Source: Utricularia gibba (taxonomy: Eukaryota; Plantae; Magnoliophyta). From it: a DNA stretch of 64,000 nucleotides. The stretch is from contig NEEC01000002.1 of the NCBI GenBank assembly GCA_002189035.1, forward strand, positions 3,968,001 to 4,032,000, in the 5' to 3' direction. The notes beneath the pieces were generated by a model, which was given only the letters and a program-made list of their open reading frames with translations, was not told the DNA's origin and made no database searches. Both the position numbers and the translations under genes were made by a program. Positions 1-12,899 of the stretch are shown piece after piece. Positions within the stretch are counted from its first letter, which is position 1. Every line of letters starts with the position of its first letter.

Positions 1-30
1 TTGATGTATGGAAAAAATTTAGTTAAAAGG

Positions 31-1192
31 TTTTTAAGTGATTGAGTGCATGGAAAAGATTCATATTGTGCTACAAAAATTTAGTTCTACTACCTAGTTT
101 TATATTTTTGCGCATAAGTATCGCAATTGTGTTATTTTAGTCTTAGTTGGGACTAAATCTACGATTTAGTCTCAACCTTCTAATAGTTTTACTCGAGCAA
201 TGCAGTGCAGGTCGCAACACGAATCCCAAGGAGCCGAATATGCACAGTGTAGTGGCAAAAGATGAGTCTAAATGTCTAAAAAGTGGTAGACACAAAATCC
301 AAGGAGGAAAAAGGGAGATTTTGGACAAAAAGGGAGGAAAGATGAGAGAGAAGGCAGATCTCCCCTTGGAGACTCACGAACACATTTTCTGGGGAGTAGG
401 TTTTCTAAGGAGGAAGAAGAAGGAAGACAAACAGGAACGAAGCTGAAGTTCAAGATTATTTTCTATCTTCGAAGAATATTACTCCTAGCTAAGAGTAGCT
501 AGTGACACTTTTCAGTTTTTGTTGACACTTCACATTACTTGCTTGTTTGCTTTCTGGTATTTGACTGTGAAATGAGCACACTGTGGGTGATGTTTTCTTT
601 TCCACTTTCGTTTACCTTAAGCATGAGTGGCTAAGTACTTAGGGGGGTGCCTTGCAGTAAAAAGGGGAGAAACATGTTAATCAACCTTTAGATCTAAACA
701 ACCATAAGTCACGCCACTTCCTTAACAAACCAGGATAGATCCAGGAGGGGAAAGTAGTGAAACCCAACTTAACAACCCTAATTAGAGGTAGACCAAAAAT
801 TAGGGGGAAAAACAAGAATCCGGGTAGATCTAGATCTTGTGAGTTAGTTGTATGATTTGTGGTTTGTGTGAGTTTGTTTAGTGATGAGCATACATCCCCT
901 AGGAGTCCCAAGGCATCACCCATTCCATTCCAGAAACAACCAAACTCGAGAACTTATTACTTTTCTTTACTATATTTCGTTTTAGTTCTGCCTTAATCCT
1001 AGCTAAGACCAATTTTACCAACGTGACATTGATTCCTTGCATTGACCTTCACATAGCAAGCACCTAGCTCCTTGTATTCGACCCTAGTCCACTATGCTCA
1101 TAATTGTTTTATGCTTGAATGTGTATTAGGTTATAAATTTATTTGATAGGAAAATTTGCATTTAACGACATTGCATAATTTTTCGTTTATCA
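31..1192 (+). repeat. LTR of Athila-like family A (5' LTR; terminal ~12 bp missing or replaced)
   Basis: Ends ...TTTATCA directly before a PBS; homologous in inverted orientation to 34309-35459, which shows the intact TGATAACAC start. Confidence 0.85.
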
Positions 1193-1195
1193 AAT

Positions 1196-1213
1196 TGGCG
1201 CCGTTGCCGGGGA
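1196..1213 (+). promoter_or_regulatory. Primer-binding site TGGCGCCGTTGCCGGGGA (Athila-type, tRNA-Asp)
   Basis: Exact motif 3 nt after the LTR-terminal CA; this PBS is typical of Athila elements. Confidence 0.9.
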
Positions 1214-1216
1214 GCG

Positions 1217-3058
1217 ATGTTTATATGTTTTGTGATTCGGTTGATGCATTTGCGTTCTTCTGGTGCAGGTGATCTTGTTTTCCATCCAGAAATCAAGAGA
1301 ACTATCAGCAAGAACCGCACAAGAGTGAGAGAAGCAACAAGGTTGAGCAAACTTCCTGTTGTTGCTCAAACTAATTTCAATATGGCAGAACAGGAGAAGA
1401 CCCTGAATGAGCTTGATGCAGCTGACCATACGTACAGAGGGCTGTGTATTAGGTTCTCTGATGACACAGCCAACAAATTGAAGCCAGCTAGTATTAATTT
1501 TCTGCCCAAGTATTATGGAAAAGTGGGTGAGAACCCACATGAACATCAGGAAAACGTGACTGCTGTTTGCACCTCTTTTAAGAGTGCTAGTATGACTGAG
1601 GATGCCATCTGTTTGAGGGCATTCCAATTTACACTGGAAGGAAGTGCAAAAATGTGGTTCAATTCTCTGAAGCCTGGGAGTATCAAAGATTGGAGTGGTA
1701 TGAAGAAGGTATTCTTGAGTAAATATTTCCCTGCTTCAAAAGCTGAAGGAATAAGGAAGGAAATTAGTGATATTGAGCAATCAAATGGTGAATCTTTACA
1801 TGAATATTGGGAGCGCTTTAATCACCTGCTAGGCTCCTGTCCACACCACGGATTTCAGACCAATGCATTGGTCAAGTATTTTTATGATGGTCTTCTATGC
1901 ACGGATTTCAGACCAATGCAGTGGACTCTGCAGCAGGTGGGTTTTTGAGAAAAATAACTTCCACAGAAGCTCTTGCATTACTTGAGGAGTTGGCTGAGCA
2001 CTCCAGACACATAATCAGAAAATAGGCCTCGAATAGAAGAGTATATGAACTGGAATGCAAGCCAAAGTCATCAGAAAGTGAGCTAACGAAAAATGTGGCA
2101 GCCATGCCTGAGATGATGAAGGATCTCTTTTTATTCCGAGCTAAGAATATGGCTTGCGGGAACTGCCACAAGATTGGAAACATTGCTGATAAATGGCCCG
2201 AATTGATGGAGGAAGAACATGTGAAAGCAATGGGATATTTAGAGCCACAAAGGAAGAAATATGATCCCTATTCGAGCACCTACAATCCTGGATGGAGGGA
2301 TCATTCAAATTTCAGATGGAGTAATAGTGATATTTCTTACAAGGGTGAAAGTTCATCAGCTGGACAACAAGGATTTCAGCAAAAGTTCTATGAGCAGCAG
2401 CAACGTTCTTATCAAGCTCCACAATTTCGCAAGCCAAACTAGCAATGCAACAGCAATTTCAGCCTCCAAACCAAAATAATTCTGGAGGAAATTTTGGAAG
2501 CACATTGGAGGATATTTTGAAGACTTTCATGACCCAATCAATAAAAAACCAAGCTGAGAACCAACAAGCTATCAAGAATCTTGAAATTCAAGTTACTCAT
2601 CTAGTAACAGAGGTTGGGGAGCTGAAGCAAAAAGGAAGCCTACCGTCGCAAGCCAAACAGAATCCTAACTCTGTGGGACAACAGAATATCAGCGCAATGA
2701 CATTGAGAAGCGGAAAAAAAAAACCTGGAAGAGGAATTAGTCCAACCTAAGAATTATTTCTCCAAAAGGCTTTCTTGAAGATGTTCTTGTGAAGATTGAG
2801 CAGCTAGTGTTCCTAGCAGACTTTTATGTGGTGAATATGCCTGCTGGAGGTTCAAAGGATATGACCATCATCCTTGGAAGACCCTTCTTGAGCACTTCCA
2901 ACGCCATAATTAATGTGAAGATGGGTACAATTGAGTTATCCTTTGATAAAGAAAAGATTACAGTGGACATGAAGGAAGTGAAAAATTATCCCAACGATTT
3001 TGAGAGTGTATGCTCAGTGGACATCATGGATGAATTAGTTGAAGAACGCTGGATATAA
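1217..3058 (+). pseudogene. Athila-like gag plus aspartic protease remnant (frameshifts and stops)
   Basis: ORF 1217-1948 LRAFQFTLEGSAKMWFNSL...ESLHEYWERFNHLLGSCPHHG (retrotransposon gag); 2789-3058 FLADFYVV...IILGRPFLST (protease C-terminus). Confidence 0.9.
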
Positions 3059-3931
3059 AGAAGATGACAAAAAGGAAAATGGATATAAAGAAGGCTTTGT
3101 TGAAGAATCAAATATGTGAATTTCAAGTCTTCCTTAGCTCACACGAGACGGGTTTTGGTTGATGTTGAGAAGAAAAATTTCAGTATTAGTCTTAGCTCGG
3201 ATCAAGAATCAACATTATTTGAAGGATTCACCCAAGATCCAAAGGAAATTTTGGATAAGGTTGAAGATGCTTACATGGTTGCAAAACATATCCCGATGAA
3301 CAGTTACTCCTAGGTAAGACTATAACTTGGGAACGAGGTTCTACTGATATTTTTAATTTAATTGCTGCATGAATTGTACCAGTTGGAGACAGATGCAATG
3401 ATAAGAACATGTATTTCAATGATGAAAAATCTGACGTGTGGGACGATCCATATTGGTGGAGGAGATGCAAAGATGGAGTATTCAAAATGTTGAACAATTC
3501 TTGTAAAACTTTTCAGAATGAGGCCCAGGACGTTGCTGATGATATGGTATTGAAAGATGCAACAAAAACGTAGCCTCAAAGAAAGTCTAGTCCAGGACTG
3601 GAAACAAGGACGCTCTTGGGAGGCAACCCAAGTTTAATTTCTGTTAGTTTTATTTTCATGTCATTTTATTTTTGCACTTTTAGACTTAGCTAGGAGTTAT
3701 TTTGGAGAGTTTTTGATGTGTTCCTGTTGCAAAATGGGAAATTAATCTGCGGTTACAGGAGAGATAAGTACAGGGGAACGGTTGATTTTCAGGATTTTAC
3801 AAATTTACCCTCAAACGCTCGGTGAATTTGGGGGTAAATTCCATTGTAACGTTCAGCTTGTTTCAAACATTCCATTGTTCTTGAGTTCAGGTAGGGTTGA
3901 AGAGGAAGAGAAAGGGAAATCATAGCGGAAA

Positions 3932-4750
3932 ATGACCAGCAAGGGCATCCCCTACTTCAAGCAACATGCAGAAATGCTCAACCTCAAGTACCTACACTTT
4001 GATGAAGAAGAATTCACAGCCAGGTACAATGAGGTAAAAGGGGCAAGGGTGCTGCCTTGTAGGATCATAGATTTCGAAATATTGGTAGAATTGGGCATAC
4101 TTACTGAAGTTCATTCAATTTTAGAGGATTCTGCGCTACTTCCTTTATGTGATTTGAACCGTCCTTCTTATGTTGAATTGATGTGTGAATTTGTTTCTAC
4201 CTTTTGTTATGAGAAACCAGAAACTGTGATTGCACCATCAGCCATTACCTTTAAATTGCTAGGAAAGAATTTCTCATTATCAATTGATGAATGAAATGTA
4301 GCTTTAGGATTTTGTACAGAAAAGTAAGTTGAATCCCATGAATTTGCTACTTCATTGTTTGATTACCCTGATGATTTTAATGCTGAAGTGGTTTATGAAA
4401 TTTTAACTGATCAACATGTGATAGAATTTAAATACAAAGGGATGAAAGCTGATTTATTTACAAACCCTGCTATGCGAAATGTTAACTTGCTTGTTTCTGC
4501 TGTACCGTTGGTAGGGCCTTAGGATTTAATTCTCTTTACAAATGTGATTTTTTTGTAAAAGGTTATGCTTTGATAAAATTTCTGAGTTGGAATTTTTGCA
4601 CGTAGAAACAAAGTTAGCCCCTCTTAATGCTCATTTTCTTAAAACTGCTGGACTAATTCGTGCACGAGGAAGTGGATTCGTTTTTAAGTCTATTGCAGGA
4701 CTTTGTGGGGAGGCACCTCCAATGAAAGAAAAGGGAAAAACCCCTGATTA
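3932..4750 (+). pseudogene. Athila env-like/ORF3-type remnant
   Basis: DFEILVELGIL...PSYVELMCEFVSTF, downstream of the Athila-typical GGGAGGCAACCC motif (~3619). Confidence 0.6.
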
Positions 4751-4819
4751 GACAGTCATGACCCAAAGGAATGAGAAAGTTTTCTGCTGCACTGAAAGGA
4801 CTAACATGATATATGATAG

Positions 4820-5340
4820 GCTGGATTTTATCGTAGATTTATTCAAGATTTTTCAAAAATTGCATCACCTTTGTGTACCTTGTTGCATAAGGATGTTGAG
4901 TTTCATTCTGATCAAATTTGCAAAAATGCCTTTGATGTTTTGAAAGAAAAACTTGTTTCAGCCCCATTATCTAGGCTCTAAATTAGAGTCTACCCTTTGA
5001 ACTAATGTGTGATGCAAATGATGTAGCTTTAGCTGTGGTTTTGGAACTAAAGTTGGAGAAGCATTCCCATGTCATCCACTATGCATCCAAGTGCCCAAAA
5101 GAGCTACACCACTACACAGAACGAGCTACTGGCCATTGTGTTTGCCCTTGAGAAATTTCGATCTTATTTGTTAGGAGCCAAAGTGATAGTGTATGCAGAC
5201 CATGCCGCATTGAGATATCTCCTCAACAAGAAGGATTTGAAGCCTAAACTCATTAGATGGATTTTATTACTTCAAGAATTCAACTTGGAGATCAAGGACA
5301 AGAAAAGGATGTTAGAATCTAGTGGTAGATCATCTTAGCT
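4820..5340 (+). pseudogene. Ty3/gypsy RT C-terminus and RNase H fragment
   Basis: GFYRRFIQDFSKIA..., [35 protein letters not shown]...DHAALRYLL...[11 protein letters not shown]. Confidence 0.9.
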
Positions 5341-5658
5341 ACATCACTTTTGGATTTCTGGAACTGATGCCTTATCGATGACAGCATCCCGAACTGATGC
5401 CTCCTTGATTTCCGGAAGACTACAAACACCTAATCATGAGCCTTGACATGCGGAACTCGGGAGTCCTTGACATGTAAAATCAATAGCGTACCAGTGTCAA
5501 AGCAGAATTTTCATGCAAGTCACTGCAATTCACAACAGAACCAAGGGGACACGAAAACTCATATGCCTTAAGCTGCATGAGTTTATCATATGTTTGCAAT
5601 TGACCAAGAGTCATTATCTAAATTGAAATTGTATTAAAATTTTCTTGTTTCTCTACAG

Positions 5659-6590
5659 TGCAGTAAAATACCTGCTAATGGGGTACAAATCGAATGCGGT
5701 TAATCGGTCCCTAAAAAGCTTCCAAAAGGTGCTATGATGGGATAGCACTGACCGATAGACTGATATGTATCAAAGATTTGACAGCAGCAGCCATATTGCA
5801 CAACCTAAAAAGCAAACGAATTATAGCAGAGCAGGTGGCGATCATCTGAAAAGCAGGATCACAGTATAGGCACAAAAAGCAACCGGCATCTACAGAATTC
5901 AGGATTCGGTCAGATGGACCTCTTCTATAAGTAGGAGAAATTCTAAAGAGAAAGTAGTTCGACTCGAAGCCCTCCAACTTGTATCTTTTCCCAGCATCCG
6001 CGTCTAGTGAAGATTTTCCCGATGAGCTTCAATAGTTCTGTGGTTTTTCCATTCTCCGAAAGTTTCCACGTAAAAATCTTTGCCTATCTTCATTTCTTCT
6101 AAACGAAACGAGCGAAACATCAAAAATATAATCAAGTGTGGCACATCCAGCTGCACCCATAACCCGAAAATCAGCCTCCTCTCGGATACCGATTTTGTCC
6201 CGCAACACCTACACATAATAAATGTGCTTTGTGGAGATTGCTTGTTGCATTAGACTCAAAACCAACATGGCTTTCACCCGAGAGCATGTACACGATAAGC
6301 AATACCCTTCCTCACTACTTGATTGATTTCATATCTGTGAGTGTTCATTTTTCTACATTAGTTTCTCCAGTTTCTAGTTTTTGGTCGTTATGCAGATTGA
6401 TTGAAATTATATGTGCCTTTGTTATATGCTTTGATGCAGGAGTTTTATGAAGGTTACACCAAGTTGGTGCCTTCCACCTTTAATGCGAAACTAAAGCAGT
6501 ACTATTTGCTGCCATGTTTCCATCTATTTGCTAGAAATAAAAAACTACTGAGCGATTTTTTCAATGGTTTGTCATTTGCTAAAAGTAAAA
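5659..6590 (+). pseudogene. Unidentified spliced host-gene fragment (two exons) interrupted by a solo LTR
   Basis: Acceptor CTCTACAG at 5658; the exon reads KIPAHNKCALWRLLVALDSKPTWLSPESMY...DFIS once the LTR and one TSD are removed; phase-0 GT-AG intron 6337-6439; next exon EFYEGYTKL...YYLLPCFHLF. Confidence 0.55.
5676..6207 (+). mobile_element. Solo LTR, Tat/Retand-like family
   Basis: Homologous to the LTR at 15656; inverted termini TAATGGGGTACAAATCG / CCGATTTTGTCCCGCAACA; 5-bp flanks CCTGC/CCTAC. Confidence 0.85.
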
Positions 6591-6659
6591 AACTACTCAA
6601 CGGGGTAGTGCAGATGTACAAGACCCCGGCCTCATGACTATCAGTAGGGAATAGCTAAA

Positions 6660-8900
6660 AGCCCTTGTGACAGAGATACTTTAAACCATCCTTACGGCTG
6701 AACTCCAACACACAGGAGGGGACACCCGAACTTGAACGTCGAGCCGATAAGCAACCCCTACTGTCTGAATATCTCCAGGACACGGAGACTGAATCCGAAA
6801 TTGAGGAAAAAATGTTGCAGAGGAAGAGGCACAACCAGGTCATATATGAGCTAGGTACAAGGAGAGGAAATACGGCTAGCAAAATTCTTGGAAAAGTGAA
6901 GAAAAGCTGATGAGAGAACTAGAAGAAATTCTTGAGAAGAAAAAGTCGGTTGGCCAACGTATACCACCCAGGGCTAGAGAAAGTAGAGGTTTCACAGATG
7001 CATTCGACCAAAATGTATGCACTGGGAGAGGGGATGTTTTGGGCGATATCGATTTCGCTCTGAAGAGCAGTACCAAAGGAGTGGCAGGTACCCCAACACT
7101 ATGCTTTGACCCATTTTCGGATGAGCTAATCGGGGAAAAGCCAGAGAGGGGATTCAGGGTCCCCGACGGACTACCGACGTACGACGGAAAAGGGGACCCC
7201 ATATTGCATGTGACCGACTTTGATATGAGAATGGCAACGGTCCGACACTCGGAAGCTATGAAGTGCAAGCTATTCGCCTATTCGCTCCAAAAGGGAGCAA
7301 AGACATGGTTGAAGCAATTGGAACTATGCATCATGGGGTCTTATCGGGAATTGGTGCTGTTATTTACGACTCGATATGCCGTCAACATTGAGGCCCCGCC
7401 ATCCAAGGCAGCGCTGTATTCCGTCCGATACGACCACCGAAAAGAGAGACTTAGAAGGTTCATCGACTAATTCAACTACTCAGCTCAGGACGTTCAGTTA
7501 GATTTGAAGGAGAGAGTGGAAATAATGAAACGGGCTTTGGGGACGTCAAAGCTAGGGCAGAGCTTATCAAGGTCTCCACCCAAAATTCTGGGGAACTCCT
7601 CAAGAAGATAATGAAGTACATCCGAGTTTATGACGACCTCAGAGCCGAAATGAGAAGCCGCGTGGAGATTCAACCGGTACTGCATAAGAGGAGCAAACCG
7701 CAAGGATTCCACAGAAAAACAAGCGTTGCGAAGTATATCAAGTGGAACCAACCAAAGCGAAAACCTACTACAAGATGCATAAAACAACAGGACATGACAC
7801 TGTTGATAGCACACAAATTTTCATGTTTTTAGGATATGAAAATCATGAATTTTTAATTATGTTTAGTTGTTTATTTTATAGTTTTAAGTATTTTTATATA
7901 TAATTTAGGAAAATGTAATTTTTACTGTGTTAGTGGGCTAAATCATTTGATTTAGATGCTTAATTCAAAGGTAGACCAACAAATCAAGACGGGAGTAGAA
8001 TGTGTTAGTCCGGGGTAGAACAAGTAGAACCAGGTAGACCTAGTTCTATATGCTTTGCATGCAAGCGGACCAAATTGCAAGGTTGGTGATGATATGGAGG
8101 ACTAGCTTAATTGAAAATATGATGAATGACATGGGTAGACTTTGGTTATTTAAAGTTGTGAGTGTCGGAACATGGTAGATTAAATTAGGAATTTTGGCAC
8201 CACACCACATGTAGATCTTTAAGACACATTAGTATTATTCTGAGTTAAAACCAGCACCTGTTACCTTAGCGTTAAGACCTGATATTGTTTACTAATCTTG
8301 TTTACCGAACTTGTTCATCACTGTTGGTCCGAGCTTAGACTAAGACTTATCATTACTTTGAATTCTGCATCTGTTGAAATACATGAAAAGCACAAGCTCC
8401 TTGTGATTGACCCCGACATCCACTATACAAGTTTTCTCAATTTGTATTTTGTGTAGATTAGGGCTTCTAAATTTATTTGATACGGAGATTTGCTTTATTT
8501 GCAATGATATGCTAAAATCTCCGTTTATCAACTATCGACTGCCGAGTAATGAAAAGCATAATCGAGTAGTATCATTCTAACGGCGGGGGCAATGGTGCGA
8601 CGTGGAACCCCTCAGAAGTGACGGAACGCAAAAGGGGACATCATGAACACCTCGGGAACGAGGGAAACTTGTATCCAAAATTCCCTCCATGCCAGCAGAA
8701 ATCCAATCCCTGAAAGGAGACAGGACAAACCGGAAGGTTCAAGAGATGCCAATGAAGTGCAAGACAGCCCCCCTTATATTCGGCAAATCCATGTGGTATC
8801 CGGGGGGCCCGAAATCGATTAGTCAGGAAAGGCGAAGAAAAGGTACTTGGACGAGCTGAAGAGGGGAGAGGTCTTAGAGATCGGGAAAAACCGAATTGAA
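6660..8900 (+). pseudogene. Tat gag remnant, interrupted at the zinc knuckle
   Basis: YDGKGDPILHV...KCKLFAYSLQKGAKTW (6910-7470); knuckle YYKMHKTTGHDTVDC split at 7804. Confidence 0.85.
7804..8530 (+). mobile_element. Solo LTR of Athila-like family B (lacks ~640 bp relative to the 39282 copy)
   Basis: TGATAGC...TTTATCA; TSD ACTGT/ACTAT; homologous to 39282-40648. Confidence 0.9.
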
Positions 8901-8929
8901 AGAGCTTCCTAGGAGAAAGAAGAAATCAC

Positions 8930-11900
8930 CTTCTCTGAACGAGACTCCCCCATCAATACGATAGTACGGAATGAACCCCTAGTGGTGGTAGGGATATGCA
9001 GAAGCGCCAAGGTAAGAAGGATCCTCATCGACTAGGGATCCTCTTTCAATATCATGAAGAAGGAGGTGGCCGAATTACTCGCGTCATCCAGGGAGGGAGA
9101 TATACGCTCAATTCACATGGAATTATATGCTTTTGATCAACGGGACGTGCAGACAGTCGGAAAAATAACCTTGCCCGTGACATTCGGTGTTGCAAGGCGA
9201 AACTGAACTGAAAGGTTGGAATTCTTGATATTGGATTCGGAGGTCTCATATAACATCATTTTTGGCTGACCCGGTATCAACCGATTCGGTATGATACCCT
9301 CAACTATGCATCTGAAAGTTAGGTTCCCGACACCGAGGGGCATTTGTACGTTGGATATCGACCAACCAGCCGCCCAATCATGTTATGTGTCTTCCTCTCG
9401 AGATCCCTACGTGAAGAAGCCAAGAATAATGATTGTGGAAAGAGAACATCATGAACCTTCCAGGTAAGCAATGGAACCAGTAGGATACAAACAATTTCAG
9501 TTGGTATCGAAGGATGTGCAGAAGACGACCCGCATTGGCATCAACCTAGATACCGAATTTGAAAAAAGGTTAGTGGAACTTTTAAGAAAGAATGTCGATA
9601 TTTTTGCCTGAACTGCGGTGGATTTTGTAGGTATCGATCGATTTGTTGCCGAACATCACATTGATACCTATCTGGGAGCAATGCCGATTCGGTAGAAACA
9701 ACGGAATTTTTCCAAAGAGAAGTGTCGGATCATCAAAGAGAAAACGAGAGAGCTTCTAAAAGCTTGTTACGTAAAGGAGATTCAGTAATCCGAATGGGTA
9801 GCCAACCTTGTCGTTGTCCCGAAACCCGGGGAAAAATGGAGAATGTGTGTTGACTTCACCGACCTCAATGCCTACTGCGAAAGATTGATAAATTGGTAGA
9901 TGCCATTCCCGGGTCCCGATTTTTTAGCACCATGGATGCATATTCCGAATATCACCAGATTTTTATCGTAGAGAAGAACCAGCCAAAAACCACCTTCTAA
10001 ACCAAGGATGGGGTTAAGTGCTATGTTGCGATGCCCTTTGGATTGAGGAATGCTGGGGCTATTTACCATAGATTGGTGAAAAAAATCTTTTCTTCTGAAA
10101 TCGGTACTTCTATGGAGGTGTATGTGGACGATATGATCGTAAAATACATGAATGAAGAAGATCATTTGGCATATTTGGATTCTTGCTTCTCTCTATGTCA
10201 GTCACATGGGTTAAAACTCAACACGGTGAAGTGTTGCTTGGGGTGCAGAGTGGAAAGTTCCTTGGACATTATGTATCAGAAAGAGGGATCGAAGCCGACC
10301 CTGTGAAGATTAAGGCAATATGTGAAATGCAACCCTTGAGGACAATTAAAGAATATCAGAGCCTCATAGGTAAACTAGCTGCCCTCGGCTGATTCATATC
10401 TCGCTTGGCAGATAAGTCGGCACCCTTCTTCAAGGTCCTCCGAAAGGGAAATACTCTGTAATGCAATGAAGATTGTCGAGTCGCCTTCGAAAAACTCAAG
10501 GGATATCTCTCATCGCCTCCACTGTTAGTGGCTCCGAAGGAAGAGGAGCCCTTCGGGCTCTACTTATCAATATCACCCGTTCCGGTCAATGGAGTCTTGA
10601 CAACAATTTCGGGAGAAAAGCACCTACCGGTGTATTATGTGGGAAAGGTTCTCCTACCAGCAGAAACCCAGTACTCAGTAACCGAGAAGTTCATCTTAGC
10701 TTTGAAAGTGGCTGCTACGAAGCTAAAATCATATTTCCAAGATCGGCATATCGTGGTATTCACCAATCAACCATTGAAGAACATTCTGTCTTGAACTGAA
10801 ATTTCCGGAAGGAAAGCCAAATGGGCGGTCGAGTTAAGCACAATGGATATCGAATTCAGGTCAACAACGACGTTCAAAACCCAGCCTCTAGCCAATTTTG
10901 TAGTCAAAATGAATAGGCCTATCGACCAGTTTGTGGAAATCAATGACTGATGGGTCATGCATGTCAATGGTTCAACATATAATGGAGCTAGAGAAGGAAT
11001 CGACATCCGAACTCGAGACATGGAACACATTTATGTCACGGTGAAATTCTTATTTCCTGCCTCCAATAATGCCGCCGAGTATACAGCCTTGATTGAAGGA
11101 ATGAAAATGGCCAAGGAACACGGAGTTGCAGAACTCGATGCCTATACCGACTCATGGCTAGTCCAAGGTCAATTTTCAGGTGAGTACAAAACTCATGACC
11201 CTTTAATGGCTTTATATCGCGTTAAGGTGAAGGATCTGGTGAAGACCTTCAAGGAGTTTACCTTATTACACGTAGCATGCGAAGAAAACAGATCCGCAGA
11301 CAATCTTTCCAAGATTGCTGTAAGATTTCAGGAGCAAAGGAAGGGAGTGTGACAATCCGGTTGCAGGATCAACCCTCGGTAATCTTACAGGCAGTGAACC
11401 ATATTACCCAAAAACCGTTGAGCGACATCTCTCTGCAGCTAAATCCCCTTGAAGATTGGATGACGCTTTATATTCAGTATCTACAAAGCGGAGAAATGCC
11501 GCCTAACAAATCAAAGGCCTGAAAATTGGAGATTTGAGCAAAGAGGTATACACAGGTGGATGGAATTTTTTATCAAAGATCCTTTGATGGGCCTTTACTA
11601 AGGTGTATCGGGAAAGAGCATTCTCAAGACCTTACAACCGATTTACATGAGGGAAAATGCGGCAATCACGTTAGGGTTCGATCACTATGAAGGGCATTGA
11701 GAAGTGGATACTATTGGCCAACCATGAAGCAAGATATTACCGAAACAGTGAGGAAATGCAAGGTATACCTTGCCTGAGTGTTCGGTTTGTTACCTCCGTA
11801 AGACTATTGCTCACTTTTTTATGGTCAAGGAAATGCAAGCACGAAACTCGAGGATTTCAATGGGTCTTGGGCAAACCGGTTAGACGAAGTTTTATGGTCA

Positions 11901-12343
11901 TATCGAACCACCCCTCGAACCACTACAAAAGAATCTCCTTTCTTGTTAGTGTACGGATCGGAAACCATATGCCCGGTCGAATTAACACTGAAAAGCTACA
12001 GGGTGGAACACTACAATGAAGAGGAAATGCCGCTCTGCGAAAACTGGAGTTGGAGTTGTTGGAGGAGAAAAGACAGAGTGTTTACAGCCGACTAGGGGCT
12101 TATCAGAAAAGAACAGAGAGAAGTTACAACAAATCAATATCCCCGAGGGAATTCTCAGAAGGAGATTTGGTGCTTCGAAGCATCCAACCCCAAAAACATG
12201 TTGGAAAATTACAGCGCAATTGGGAAGGCCCTTATCGGATTTCAAGGGTGATTGAGAGAGGAGCTTATCGTCTAGAACAACTAGATGGCGTGGAATTTCC
12301 GAGGTCATGGAATGCATCTCATTTGAGGAAATACTACGCCTAG
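8930..12343 (+). pseudogene. Tat pol remnant (PR, RT, RNase H, additional RNase H, integrase lacking most of its core)
   Basis: MPFGLRNAGAIY..., YVDDMIVK; aRH 10957-11352 ASNNAAEYTALIEG...TDSWLV...NRSADNLS; integrase C-terminus KLQRNWEGPYRI...WNASHLRKYY. Confidence 0.92.
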
Positions 12344-12899
12344 TCGGCCAAATATCAATCCCTATTATAGATCTTTAGAGCACTCAGGTAGCTACATATT
12401 CCTCCAAACTGGAGATGAATCAACAACATTGTAAGCCCAGGCAAATCCTCTAAGTCTATAATAGCAAAGCATCCCAGGGCACCTCCAGAAGTATTGAATC
12501 CCCTAAACCCAGGCACTAGTGGAAATGGTAAGCCCTTGTACAAATCAGGACCGGATTCCATAAGCCCTAAGTAAAGATCTTATTACCGAATCTCGAGATG
12601 GTAAGTGCACCCAAAGCAGATCCGACTATGCCTTGAAAGCATAGATATTTGGCCAGAAGAGGGCCTATTTGGATTGGGGATGCAACTCAACCTAAGAGGG
12701 GTTTAATGTCCTTAGCAGCAGTCTTGCATGCATGAGAAAAGACTTAGGCAAAAAAGCCCAACCAAGACTCGCAAACCATGCAACGTGCAAATCAGAATAA
12801 TTGATAAAAAGCAGAGGCAATATGCAAAAACTAAGTAAACTGAAAGGAGGAATCCCAAATCAGGACCTCAAAATATATAAAAACCCCAAATCGGGGGCA

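Noticed and set aside
147-446. ORFs within LTR-A (also 35011-35335)
   Set aside because: They lie in GA-rich LTR sequence and the frames differ between the two copies
5676-6207. This LTR as the 5' LTR of the Tat element
   Set aside because: It has its own TSD (CCTGC/CCTAC), no PBS follows, and the flanks rejoin into one exon
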